Shown here: piece by piece, positions 38,056 to 50,858 of the stretch
How positions within the stretch are numbered: position 1 is the first letter of the stretch
Layout of the letters: every line of letters begins with the position of its first letter
Assembly (NCBI RefSeq): GCF_032444005.1
Contig: NC_091283.1
Location: 833,776,001 to 833,840,000 of the forward strand
DNA from: Ranitomeya imitator
Lineage: Eukaryota
Reading direction: 5' to 3'
DNA: 64,000 nt
Made by a program: the position numbers and the translations under genes
The notes under the pieces: model-generated
Seen by the model: the letters and a program-made list of their open reading frames with translations, nothing else
Told to the model about the DNA's origin: nothing
The model's database searches: none

Positions 38056-38439
38056 GGGTTTTTTTCTCCCCATAGTTCCGTTTCTGTGGTCTTTGTGTTT
38101 TGCCTGGGATCTAAAAATGTAGAACAAACCCTTCAATGAAAGGCGCCGTAAGCACCAAGCGCTGCACCCTAGAATGTTTCTGAAATGGTTGTCCAGGACC
38201 GATAACGTGATGGCGATGACATCCACAGTAGGAGGCGACTTGCATCGATAATATCTGTGGAGACACGAGGGTCAGTGGGTGCTCTCGTCCGCTGGCCCGA
38301 GACCAAATTGAGCAGGGCTCATCCCACTGAACGCCCGCTCTCCTTTCCCATGCACATAATACTACTGAGACAACACTCGGTGAGGGTAAAATCGCGTGGC
38401 AATACTTTATTGAACCACCAACAGACAAAAACATATAGA

Positions 38440-39440
38440 ACTACCCTAGATGGTGCAAAATTACAGGGTCTCTCCCTTCCTCTGAATCGATGAGCCGCGA
38501 CTTTGGGGCTTCCAGGGCTGACTACCCTCACCAGTGGCACCCTGCTTTTGGCAGGCACCTACAGAGAGGAGGGAACGACAAGCTTAGGACTATCTATTGA
38601 GGCACGTGACAAGGTGACCGGAGGGTTACAGCCTTGCTTCCCCAAGTGTCTCCATGGAGCCAGGTGTACGGAGGCTCACAACCCAACGTCTCCAAACATA
38701 TCCATGGGCCCAGGTGGCCGGAGGGTCCCAACCTGGCTTCCCCAAATGTCTCTGTGGATTCAGTAATGGTCAATGGAGCAGATCTGTATCCCTCCAGGTG
38801 GTGGCGAGGTCCCTTAAGCTGGCATCCTGTAGGTTAAATCTGTTTCCCCGCACGCGCGGACGGGTCTGCTAGTCAGACCAAAAACTTTATTTTTTTTATT
38901 TTCATTTTACATTTTTGATTTGACTTTTTACAATGGACGAAGGGGCGACTGATCCTTTCAAGGCTCCGATCTCCCTGAACCATCAACAGGCGAGCACAGA
39001 GAGTGTCGCCTCTCCGTATCCTCTCCTGCGACGTGGGATGCCAGGCCTGGACTGATTATTAGGGGCGACGGGTCCCTTCAAGGGCACCGATCTCCCTGCA
39101 ACCTGAACGGACGAGCACATGGAGTATCACCTCTACGTATTCTATTCCGCAGCCAGGCCTATTGCCGGACAACTGGCCCTGTCCCATCCTAGGGGATTAA
39201 CCCTTTGGGTATAGAGGCCCACCTTGTGGCGTCCGAGCAGCCCCCACTGCACCACCACTGTTAAAGCGGATGGTACAAGGAGGCGGACGGTCCCTCTCCA
39301 CCTCCCTAACAAAGGGATGAGGGATTGAGGTTTTTCTTTTAATCCCTGCACCGTCCAAACAGCAGCGACAGCAAAGGATCTTTTCTACTTTTCTGACCTG
39401 CTGAATAGAGCTGCGTACTCTGCCTTCCGGCAGCTTCTTG
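38440..39440 (-). mobile_element. Highly degenerate DIRS-like RT/RNaseH-region fragments
   Basis: Minus-strand LPEGRVRSSIQQVRKV...LIPLLGRWRGTV...VQWGLL resembles the DIRS thumb/connection region; similar sequence recurs at about 40610-41045. Confidence 0.45.
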
Positions 39441-39853
39441 GGTAAGTGCCGGGACTAGAGCGGCTGGAGGGCTCTGCGCAACCGGCGGATCCCCACTTTT
39501 TTTTTGAAGCAATGGCCGCCTTTCTTTTCCTGCTCGACGCCGACCGGTGCCAAAAATTTAGCCCCCCGGCTATGGATTTGTGTAGGCCGCAGCCAGTGAT
39601 ATGCCGCGTTTCCATGGCTCCGCCCCCCTATTCAGGCGTTTCTCGTTCAGGACGAGAGCACTCGCAGCATATTCTCAGTGGCCATCTTCATTCTTCTACC
39701 GCTTCCGGACACGAGCTGGCAAAGGACCCGGCGGTATCCAGCGCTGAAGACGGCGGTATCCAGCGCTGAAGACGGCGCTAATCCAACGTGCACTCGGGGG
39801 ATCCAGGTAAGGAGACGCCACTCTCCCCCTCCCCACACTACCTCCAACAGCAT

Positions 39854-40020
39854 AAAGGCCATGACCAGAATTCCCTGGTCTTAAAGGCACATGACCAGTA
39901 TTCCCTGGTCTTAAAGGCACTTGACCAGCATTTCCTGGTCTTAAAGGCACATGACCAATATTCCTTAGTCTTAAAGTCACATGACCAGTATTCCCTTGTC
40001 TTAAAGGCACATGACCAGTC
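39854..40020. repeat. 30-bp tandem repeat (aaaggcacatgaccagtattccctggtctt), about 5.5 copies
   Basis: Diverged tandem copies inside the DIRS gag remnant. Confidence 0.85.
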
Positions 40021-41356
40021 TGAAGCCGGTTACCCCAAATGAGCGCAGGAGCCCTCCACCGATCCTAGCTTATCCCAGAGTACCTAGTTCCCCTGAGTGG
40101 GCTTCGTCACTGCCGCAATCTATGGCTTCTCTGACCAAGACATTGAATCCCTCCGTGAACCCTCTGTGGCTCGGCGTGCTCGCAGGACCGATATACATGG
40201 TCCCTCTCCTACATGGGAGATGTCGGCAAGCAGGGGCTGCAAGTATTCTAGAAACGTACAGGCGTCTAGAAAACGGGAACTTCACTTCCTGAGCTCCCTC
40301 ACCAATGATTTGCTGAGAACAAGACTCTGAATATAGATCGGATATTGCATTGGATCTGGACTCGCCAGAGCTTCAGAAAAGGATGGATTCGCCTATTTAG
40401 ACCATCAACCAATCTCTGTAGATTGACGAAGACTCTGGTTCTGCTCTAGATCACGCAGTGTCCTTCAAAAGGAGACTAAACTCCCTCGTAGAGATTCACC
40501 CGGACAGGGAGGGTCCGGATAAGCGATTCACTGGACAGAAACCTCTGCAAGCGCGGTACCCTTTTTCAGCCAATATGCGAACACTTGAGGTGTCCCCTCC
40601 ACGTATACCCCCCCCTGCGACATGGGTTGCCATGCCTGGTCTGATTCTTAGGGGAGACGGGTCCTTTTGAAGGGCACCGATCTCCCAACACCATCAACAG
40701 ACGAGCACATGGAGTGTCGCCTCCATGTATCGTCTTCTGCATCCAGGCCTAACGCTGTACAACCAGCCCTGTCCACCAGGGGACCTGAACTCCGTGGATG
40801 TACAGAGTCACCCTTTTGGCGTCCGAACACCCCCCTCTGCATTACCACTATTTAGCGGATGATGCAAGAGGGCGGACGATCCCTCTCCACTTCCCTGTTA
40901 AGAGGATGGTGGATCGAGGGTTCATCATTTTAACTCTTCACCGTCAAAAGAGAGCGGCGATAGCAAGAGATGGCTTTTTCCTGACCTGCTGGATGTAGCC
41001 GCGCATTCTGCCACTTGGCAGATTAACCAGGTAGAATCTCTTGTGGTATACCTACCAGTATCCCTACTCGTTGGGTCATCAATGAAGAATACCACGGACT
41101 GTCCGATAGCAAATCATGGATTGCTAGAGCAATGGTCTCTTGGTCGGAGACCTTAACTACTTTGATTCACAACAGTAACCTTTTCCCCAAGACGTACAGC
41201 TGGCCAATCAAATCTCTTGAGCAGGAGACTATGTGGTTCACGCCTCTTGGATGCGGCTAGTTGAGCGGCGCTGTCAGCAGCAAATACCATTACATTCAGA
41301 AGGGCATTATGGCTCAGAGAATGGATGTGTACTCTGCTTTCAAAAATCCTCTGACA

Positions 41357-44100
41357 CAGTGGCGTAACTAGAAAGTTATGGACCCCGATGCGAACTTTCA
41401 AATGGGGCCCCACACCATGCAAAAATATTTTTCACCCAAATTCAGATTTTCCCTATTCATTTCGCACACTATAGCTTTATTGCAAAGTTGTATAGTGTGA
41501 CCTCAGTGGCGTAACTATCCGGTGCCCCATCCTGGTATATATCTGTCCCCCGTACTGCCATTGTTATGTAATTTATAAAAGAAAATAAACCATTATACTC
41601 ATCAGGGGCTTACATAGAAGTCATGGGGATCCATATAAGAAGTATAATGCACCCCCATAGTCCTCTATATAATATACTGCAAAGTTCATAGTCATCCATA
41701 TGGTATAATACACTCTCCATATAGTACAATAGTATAATACACTCCCCATAGTCCTCCATATAGTATTATACACTCCTCAGTCCTCCATATAGTATAATAC
41801 ACTCCTCATCGTCCTCCATATATTAAAATACATTCCTCATAGTGCTCCATATAGTGTAATACACTGCTCAGTCCTCCATATAGTAAACTACACTCCTCAG
41901 TCCTCCATATAGTATACTACACTGCTCATAGTGCTCCATATAGTATAATGCACCCCTCATAGTCCTCCATATATTATAATACACTCCTCAGTCCTCCATA
42001 TAGTATTATACACTCCTCATAGTCCTCCATATATTAAAATACAATGCTCAGTCCTCCATATAGTATAATACACTCCTCATAGTGTTCCATATAGTATCAT
42101 GCACCACCATCGTCATCCAAGTCGTACAATTCAATTCTCATAGTATAATACACCCCATAGTATTTCATATAGTATAATGTATTCCCCATAGTCCACAGCC
42201 CACATATGGTATAATGCAGCCACCCCACAGAGTATAATACAGCCACCCCACAAAAGTATAATGCAGCCTCACCATACAATATAATGTAACCCCCATAGAA
42301 TATAATGCAGCCCCTCCATACAGGTGCAGTGAGAAAGACACGGCAAATGGTGACTATGGGGCAGGGGAGAAGGACACAAGGGGGCTAGGGGAGACAGGCA
42401 CAATGGTGACAGGTGGGCTAGGGAGCAAGGAAGACAGGCACAAGGGGACACATGCAGGCTAGGAGGCAGGGGAGAAGGGCACAAGGGGACTAGTGGGCAA
42501 GGGAGACTGACACAAGGGGACACACGGGGACAAGGGACACAAGCACAAGGGGACAAAGGAGACAGGCACAAGGGGACACACGGGGACAAGGGACACAAGC
42601 ACAAGGGGACACACAGGGACTAGTGGGCAAGGGAGACTGACACAAGGCTACACATGGGAACAAGGGACACAAGCACAAGGGGACTCATGGGGACCAGGAA
42701 GAAGAGGAGAAGGGCACAAGGGGACACACGGGGACTAGGGGGCAAGGGAGACAGGCACAAGGGGACTCCGAGGGCAGAGTAGATAGGGACGCAAGTAGAC
42801 GGAGTTGCAAGGGGACAAGGAAAGATGGGGGGGAGACTTGGGAGCAGGGAAGAAGGGGGCACAGGGATTACGAGGACAGGGTAGATGGGGAACACACGGT
42901 GAGAAAAGGGACAGGGGAGACTTGAGAGCAGGGCAGATGGGTCACATGGGGACAAAGGGCTGGGAATGCATGGGGGGTGCAGGAGGACTCGGGGCATGGG
43001 AGATGGGGAGCATTGGGGGACCAGGGGAGGAGTGACAAGGCGCATACGGGGGCCTGGAGGAGCACAATGACCTGAACCTGGGGACCTACGAGGACACGGG
43101 AGATCAGGGAGGAAACGGGGCTGGTGTCACGGGGCCGGGGACGCTGGGAGCCAAAGACGGCGACACACTGGCAGCAAACACACTTCACTGCTGCCCGTCC
43201 CGTACACCTCCATGTTCGTCCCTGGATCCTCCACATGGCTGAGCGGCATGCCCCTCCTAGGCGGATCGGTCCACGTGCCCCCCGCCAGATCCGGAACCGA
43301 ATGCCAATATGGTGGCCGCCATCACCTGTGCAGATGCTGTACTGCCTGGGTCCTGCAGAGCGGGTGCGCGATGAAGTGATGTAATCACGCACCCTCAGTG
43401 TCAGGCAGAGGGGAATGATGGGAGAGGGAGCGTTAGCTGACGCTATCTCCTCCATCATTGCTTTGAACTGTACCGGCGTCATAGATGCCAGTATAGTTCA
43501 ATGCGGCGGCGGGGGGAGTCGGGTGCCTTTGACCTACCGGGCCCCTGACCTGCCAGGCCCAGTTGCAGCAGCGACCACTGGGACCGTGGCAGTTACGCCC
43601 CTGCCACACACGCACACACTACAGATCACACACACACACACACTACAGATCACACACATACTACAGATCACACACACACATACTACAGATCACACACACA
43701 CATACTACAGATCACACACACACATACTACAGATCACACACACACACACGATACCAGCTCATACACACATCTCACACTCTACTCTCTGGTACAGGGGAGG
43801 CTGATATAAATGTGCAGCTCCTCAGCATCTCCTGCTTACAGCCACTCTGTCCTGTTCCGCACCTCCCCCCTGCTCTCGCCTTCTGTCCCGGGGCTGCAGA
43901 GCAGGAGACGCTGTCTCACCGTGCTGACTGGAGCTGCATCCTATCTCTCACATGCCCTGGCTGCCCCCTCCCCCTAGATACACCTCTGACTGTTGCCGTG
44001 AGCCAGAAATCTCCTGCACTGCAACATGGTGTCGGGTGCCTCGGACCTGCCGGGCCCGGTCGCAGTGGCGACCGCTGCAACTGTGGTAATTACGCCCCTG
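41357..44100. mobile_element. Non-autonomous hAT-type DNA transposon (2.7 kb) with internal simple and tandem repeats
   Basis: TIRs cagtggcgtaact / aattacgcccctg; exact 8-bp TSD ctctgaca (41349-41356, 44101-44108). Confidence 0.85.
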
Positions 44101-45638
44101 CTCTGACATCACTCCCTTACCAGAGTGGTCGGTTATTCAGTGAGAAGTTGGATGCGTTCCCCACGCAGTAACAAACGATCGCATGTTTCCTATAAACCCA
44201 ACCAGCAGTGGAAGGGTTGCCCAAAAAAGTCTAGATCTGAGGGATCTTAGTCCCAAAAAGGGGAAGGAAAAGTAAGACTGATCCTGGACCTCAAACTGCT
44301 AACTAGGTTGACAAGGTCCTCCTTCTTTGGATGGAGTTCCTTCGTTCAGCCATTACCTCAATAGGAACAGGTGCAATTTTCTGGCATCCTAGACATTCGG
44401 GATGCTTACCTCCCGCATTTGTTTTAATTCCCCTCTCTGAAAAAAAAAATTCCTGTGCTTTTCCATTCACGAACAGCATTTTCAGGTCACGACCTTGCCC
44501 TTCGGCCTTGCTACCGCTCCCAGAGTGTTCACAAAGGTCATGGCGGCTGTCATGTCCATCCTGCACTCTCGGGGCGTGTTTGTCCTGCCCAATCCGGTCG
44601 ACTTTCTAGCCGTCCTTCTAGGACTGCGCTGAGTCCGACTATATCACTTGCGATACCCTTTCTTACCTGGGCTGGCAGATAAACTTCGACAAGTCTTCTT
44701 CATTTCCAGCCCAGCAAATCTCCTTTTTGAGGATGATCCTGGACACCTCAAGAGGGTTGGTAATTCTCCCTTGGGACAAGGCCTTGGCCCTTCAACAGGG
44801 AGCTTGCGCACTTGGTCACTCTTCCCCTCATTCAATTTGATTTGCTATGAGGGTTCTGAGGAAAAATGGTGGCGGCAATGGAAGCAGTTCCCTTCGCTCC
44901 TCTTGTTTTCTGCAATCGGATAACGCCACAGCTGTTCCGTACGTCAATCATCTAGGAGGTACCCGCCGCCAGGCGACCATGGCCGAGGTACCTCATATTC
45001 TCAGATGGACCGAGATCAATCACTCGGTGATCTCGGCAGTACACATCCCAGGAGTAGAACTCTGGGTGGCAGACTTCGGCCGTCAGGGTCTCGCCTCAAG
45101 TGAGTGGGAACTTCATCCGGAAGTCTTCCAACAGATCCGCCTTCACTGGAGTATTCCAGATGTAGATTGGATGGCGTTCAGACTGAATGCCAATGTACTC
45201 GAGTTCATAGTTCGGTCTCGAGATCCAAAAGCCATCGCAGTGCATGCTCTGGTTCTTCTGTGGTACCAGTTCCGTCACCCCTCTTCCACGACTTCCGAGA
45301 GTCTTTAGGAAGCGGAGAGGGTCCCAGTGATCCCTGGGCGATCTGCACTGACCACGTCCGATTTTGTTTGCGGGGCTAGTACAACTCGTCGACGATTTTC
45401 TCTGACGGTTGTTGGACCGTCCAGATCTCTCCAGGAACAGATTCTGACCCAGGCGGGACTCACAACAAGTTGTCAGCGACTAGTGCTTGTAAGCCCGCCT
45501 CAATACGAATTTTGCTTGGGGCAGAGATCACTGACTCCTTCCCCTTTGTTTTGAAGGAAAACTTAAAAAAAAAAAAAAAAGCTAGATTGAGGCCTGACAC
45601 TCGTCTTGCTGTAAGTCTAGATTTTAGCCTTTTCGGTC

Positions 45639-45948
45639 TTATTAATAATCTTTATTTTTATATAGCGCTAACATATTCCGCAGCGCTTTACAGTTTGTGC
45701 ACACATAATCATCACTGTCCCCGATGGGGCTCACAATCTAGAATCCCTATCAGTATGTCTTTGGAATGTGGGAGGAGACCGGAGTGCCCGGAAGAAACCC
45801 ACGCAAACACGGAGGAGTGTTTATATACAAACATACATACAAAAATTTACATACAAACTCTTTGCAGATGATGTCCTTGGTGGGATTTGAACCCAGGACC
45901 CCAGCGCTGCAAGGCTGCTGTGCTAACCACTGCGCCACCGTGCTGCCC
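45639..45948 (-). mobile_element. tRNA-derived SINE (V-SINE-like, L2-type 3' tail)
   Basis: Minus strand A-box GGTGGCGCAGTGG, B-box GGGTTCAAATCC, central ctccgtgtttgcgtgggtttc domain, tail tgtaaagcgctgcggaatatgttagcgctatataaaaataaagattatt. Confidence 0.85.
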
Positions 45949-47148
45949 ATACTTACTGCAACAAAACTGCAAGTAGGGACTTTCTTGCATAGAGTTTTCC
46001 CATGCAGTTCTTCCCTATCGCCTACCATTGGATCTTTGGGACCTTAATGGTCCTGGGGGGTCTTGCAGTAGACTCATTTTGATCCGGACAGACTTTAGTG
46101 TAATGAAAGGTCGCCTTTTTCTCTGTGGTCACTTCATTCAGGCGAGTCTTCGGAGCTAGTTGCTCTGTCCTTTCAGACTCATTTCCTTATTACCATCTAG
46201 GCAAGGTTGTCTTCATGCCGTCCTCGTCCCTTGTTACCAATGTGGTATCGTACTCCCTCTGTTACAAGGGCATCGCTCGTCCCTCGTCTTGTTCGGCACC
46301 AGTCCACATAACGGAACGGGTTCCCCATACTCTGGACCAGGTGAGTGCTCTAAGAAGGTATGTATCGAGGACGGCGTCCTTCCGAAGGTTGGACACTTTA
46401 TTTGCGCTTCCCGACGGTCACATGAAGGCTTCCTGATGGTTACAGCAAGAGTTTAGCCACTTCATCAGCCATGTTAGCCTGGTGGATTCGTTACACCACC
46501 CAGGGGTCCTTCCGCGTCAGGTCAGCCTATCCCGGAAGGGATCAGGGCACTCCCCACTTCGTCGATAGTGGCTTCTTGGGCCATTAGGCACCAGGTGTTG
46601 GCAGAGCAGGCCGACACGGTTGCGGTTTCATCCAGTCCGCACACGTTCTTGAAGCACTACAATTTTCACACCCAGACTTCCACAGATGTGAGTCTGGGCA
46701 GGTGGACTCTGCAGGCTGCGGTAACGCACTCTTAGGTAGCGGTTACGCAGGGCCTGATCTGATGTTGTCCCCACCCAGGGATACCCACATATTAATTTAA
46801 TAGTCAACTTTCATAAAATAGCCTGTCTCCTGGCATACTGAAAATATACGTCTGGCATAATTAAGATAAAATGCTGTGTCGTGACAACGTTCACATCAGG
46901 AGGTGAGCAGAGATGCAGAGATAGAGTATTTTAGGCGTGCTCGAAAAAAAAATGATCTAGTTCCTGAGGCTCCATGTCTCGTGTCTGTTTGACAGCCGCA
47001 ACGCATGCAGGGATTCCCTGTCAGCGGATATTTACGCACGGGAGCAGGGGCCGCGTAGCCGCTTATACCCCAATAATAACCGTGCTCTTCTTGTAGAGAT
47101 CCCATGCGCTAATCATGGGAAATCTAGTGTAGAAGTCGCATGCATTAA

Positions 47149-47476
47149 AGGGACACTGTCACCTGAATTTGGAGGGAACAATCTTCAGCCATGGAGGCGG
47201 GGTTTTGTGGTTTTTGATTCACCCTTTCCTTACCCGCTGGCTGCATGCTGGCTGCAATATTGGATTGAAGTTCATTTTCTGTCCTCCGTAGTACATGCCT
47301 GCACAAGACAATCTTGCCTTGTGCAGGCGTGTACTATGGAGGAAAGAGAATGAACTTCAATCCAATATTGCAGCCAGCATGCAGCCAGCGGGTAAGGAAA
47401 GGGTGAATCAAAAACCACAAAACCCCGCCTCCATGGCTGAAGATTGTTCCCTCCAAATTCAGGTGACAGTGTCCCT
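47149..47476. mobile_element. Almost fully palindromic T2/Kolobok-type MITE
   Basis: TTAA at 47145-47148 and 47477-47480; long near-perfect inverted arms starting agggacactgtcacctgaatttggagggaac. Confidence 0.9.
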
Positions 47477-47744
47477 TTAAATTACTGCTGCACGGGGCCC
47501 TATGAATAAGGGGGGCCCACACCACGGGAATTAGACCTTGCCTCACTAGATTTGCTGGAGTACTTACAGGAGCTCTTTGATGGTGACTGTACTGGTGAAC
47601 AGGGGCCAATGCTTCCATACAGGGAGAACTAGGGAAACAAAGACTTTCTGGCTCCATGTAAATAATAATTAGCGATTTTCAGGTCCTAAAGAACATTGTA
47701 AGCGCAGATTTCCCCTCTCAAATGGCAGAGAAATAATTTGCCCA

Positions 47745-48077
<333 letters not shown>

Positions 48078-48745
48078 TAATCCTTGCAGCTGCTCTTTAT
48101 CCCACAATGTGCCCCCCAGATGTGGCGCCATCCAGCGGCCCCTGTGGTCTGTGCGCCCATTGTCCGGAGTGTTCCGATGTAATCGATGACCTTTAAGCGA
48201 TCAGATCGGTGGTGATCAGATTGTATTGTGCAGACGAGAAGCATTGTGGGCACTGAGGAGCTTTAGATGATTGGTGCAGGGGCCCCTCCAGCTGCACCGG
48301 GGGCCCCAGACTTTGCCCCCAAGGATTTCCCCCAGTTGGACCTTTCCACGATCTATTGGTCCCGATTGTAGATCCTAAAAATAACCCTATAACTGCCAAC
48401 TGCATATTCTGCATCTCCGCAAACATTCAGCAGTGAAAGGTCAAACTGAGCATCGCTGAAGGGCAGGCGCCACTATTACTGGGCCTGGTATTGATCGGAT
48501 GATGGGGGGAGCATCATCCTGTAGATCTGCCGCCTGCTCAATGACACTACAACCCCCAGCATGCCCCGACTGTCGCAGGTTGCAGCATCTCCACTGTGCA
48601 GCCCAGATCCACATAGGTGTGATGGTTTATTGTAGGCTGGAGGGCGCTACAGGTGAATGGTTTAGTGGGTAGGTGCCATGCAGTGAAGGGGTTAATGCAT
48701 CATCACCCAGCGCCTAACTTCCTGTGACTGGTGCAAACCGTTAAC

Positions 48746-49713
48746 ATGTTTGGTGTAAGCCCCTCCCCCATGGGCATGCTTGGTGTAAGGTGTAAGCCCC
48801 CCCCCCCCATGCACTTGCTTGGTGTAAGCCCCCCCCCCCCATGCACTTGCTTGGTGTAAGCCCCCCCCCATATACACATGCTTGGTGTAAGCCCCCCCCC
48901 CCCCATGCACTTGCTTGGTGTAAGCCCCCCCCCCCTCCCCATGCTTGGTGTAAGCCCCCCCCCCCCATGCTTGGTGTAAGCCCCCCCCCTCCCCATGCTT
49001 GGTGTAAGCCCCCCCCCCCATATACACATGCTTGGTGTAAGCCCCCCCCCCCCCATGCACTTGCTTGGTGTAAGCCCCCCCCCCCATGCACTTGCTTGGT
49101 GTAAGCCCCCCCCCATATACACATGCTTGGTGTAAGCCCCCCCCCCCCCCCCCCATATACACATGCTTGGTGTAAGCCCCCCCCCCCCCCCATGCACTTG
49201 CTTGGTGTAAGCCCCCCCCCCCTCCCCATGCTTGGTGTAAGCCCCCCCCCCCCCTCCCCATGCTTGGTGTAAGCCCCCCCCCCATGCACTTGCTTGGTGT
49301 AAGCCCCCCCCTCCCCATGCTTGGTGTAAGCCCCCCCCCCCCCCCATGCTTGGTGTAAGCCCCCCCCCTCCCCATGCTTGGTGTAAGCCCCCCCCCCCTC
49401 CCCATGCTTGGTGTAAGCCCCCCCCCCCCCCTCCCCATGCTTGGTGTAAGCCCCCCCCCCCATGCACTTGCTTGGTGTAAGCCCCCCCCCCGTGCACTTG
49501 CTTGGTGTAAGCCCCCCCCATATACACATGCTTGGTGTAAGCCCCCCCCCCCCCCCATATACACATGCTTGGTGTAAGCCCCCCCCCCCCCATGCACTTG
49601 CTTGGTGTAAGCCCCCCCCCCCCTCCCCATGCTTGGTGTAAGCCCCCCCCCTCCCCATGCTTGGTGTAAGCCCCCCCCCCCCTCCCCATGCTTGGTGTAA
49701 GCCCCCCATGCAC
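48746..49713. repeat. Variable-length poly-C minisatellite (atgcttggtgtaag + C-run), roughly 30 units, TPI1 intron 1
   Basis: Repeated core with alternating catgcacttg / tatacac / ctcccc variants. Confidence 0.9.
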
Positions 49714-50858
49714 TATCCCTGTGTGTGGTCGGTTGGCAGTGCCCCCTTGTTCGGGCCTGGACGCCTCCTCTGTCCCCATCGCTCCTGACCTGCTGTCCTT
49801 GAACAGTGATGGAGCAGGGCGATGGGCACAGAGCGACAAGTGTGCAGTGCCCGGACCACCGGCTGGGCACGCTCCGTCCCCCACATGCCAGAGCTGGGGC
49901 TTCGTTGTAACCGTGGGGGAGGGGTGACCTAAAACCCAGTGAGAGGAAACCAAGGGGCCAGAGCCGAATACCCAGGGGCGTAACTGACTGCACCCAGGCC
50001 CTGGGGGCCCAGAAGGTCTTTGTCCCATATTAGAAGCCCTTTACTGCAATATTTGGGGACCCGCTAGATCTCTTGTAGCTTGGAGTAGCGCCACTGTCAA
50101 TAACCATGCACTTGACCTAGAACTACAAATCCCAGAAGATCCTGCAGAAGAACTACAAGGAGAACCCTGCAGGGCCGATACAGGGCATATACGGGGCGGC
50201 TGCATTACTGTGGTTCTTCCCCTTTGCTGCAGCCTCCTGGCTCTGTGCTCACAGGCACGTACTCGTCCTCTGCAGTGTCAGCCCTTAAAGAGACAGTACT
50301 AATGTGCCCACCGCTGGCTGCAGCCGTCTGGTTCTTCACGCTTTGAACCATTTTGCCATTTTTCGCCTCCAAGTCTCCTCTCCTCTTTGCCCCAGGGGGT
50401 TGCGGTCACAATGACGGAGGATCAGTTTGGTCCCTGGCTTTGACCTTTAACCCTTCATGCATTTGGCAGCTGAGTAGACCGACTAAAACGAGCTCTGACC
50501 TTTCGCTCTGTACTTGGTCTGATGTGAAGGTCACGACTTTTAACCTTTTCATTTGCCCAAAATAAACTGAGCGACTGTCCCAAAATAGCAGAGAGGTGGT
50601 AGGGGGCGGCGGTGAAGGGCCTGAGCTCCTCCAATATGTGCGCAGAGTGGGAACGTCCAATGATCTGGTGTCAAAACCAAATCTGATCTCTGCTTGCGGT
50701 CAGTGAATAGCAAACAATTCTATCCAAAAAGCTGCACCAATACCTGATTGTACCAAAACCCGCTGTGTGAATGCGTCCTTACCGTATTCCAGGTGCTCCT
50801 GTCAGCTGCACAGCAATGAACGCAGATTTGCCATAAAAATCGCCTTTAAAATTGAGGC

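Larger units (their letters stand above)
39440..46780 (+). mobile_element. Old fragmented DIRS retrotransposon (gag, RT, MT and YR remnants) interrupted by a hAT element and a SINE
   Basis: Degenerate motifs RPDKRFTG..RYPF, WIARAMVSWSE, RRALWLREW, SLPYQSGRLFSEKLD, VPKK..VRLILDLK, MEFLRSAITS, SRDPKAIAV, SALRRYVSRTASFRRLDTLF, HTFLKHY. Confidence 0.8.

Noticed and set aside
42269-44171. Several Cys/Pro- or His/Thr-rich ORFs (76-204 aa)
   Set aside because: Translations of low-complexity internal repeats of the non-autonomous hAT element; no transposase motifs.
45870-45948. tRNA gene on the minus strand
   Set aside because: The A and B boxes run directly into a SINE body and tail; this is a tRNA-derived SINE head.
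48692-50028. Gly-rich minus-strand ORFs of 322-441 aa
   Set aside because: Open in all three frames because of the poly-G/C minisatellite; low complexity.
49973-50096. Small hAT-like MITE (caggggcgtaact ... gtagcgccactg)
   Set aside because: The ends resemble hAT TIRs, but the flanking 8-mers (cgaatacc vs tcaataac) do not match, so it is not called.
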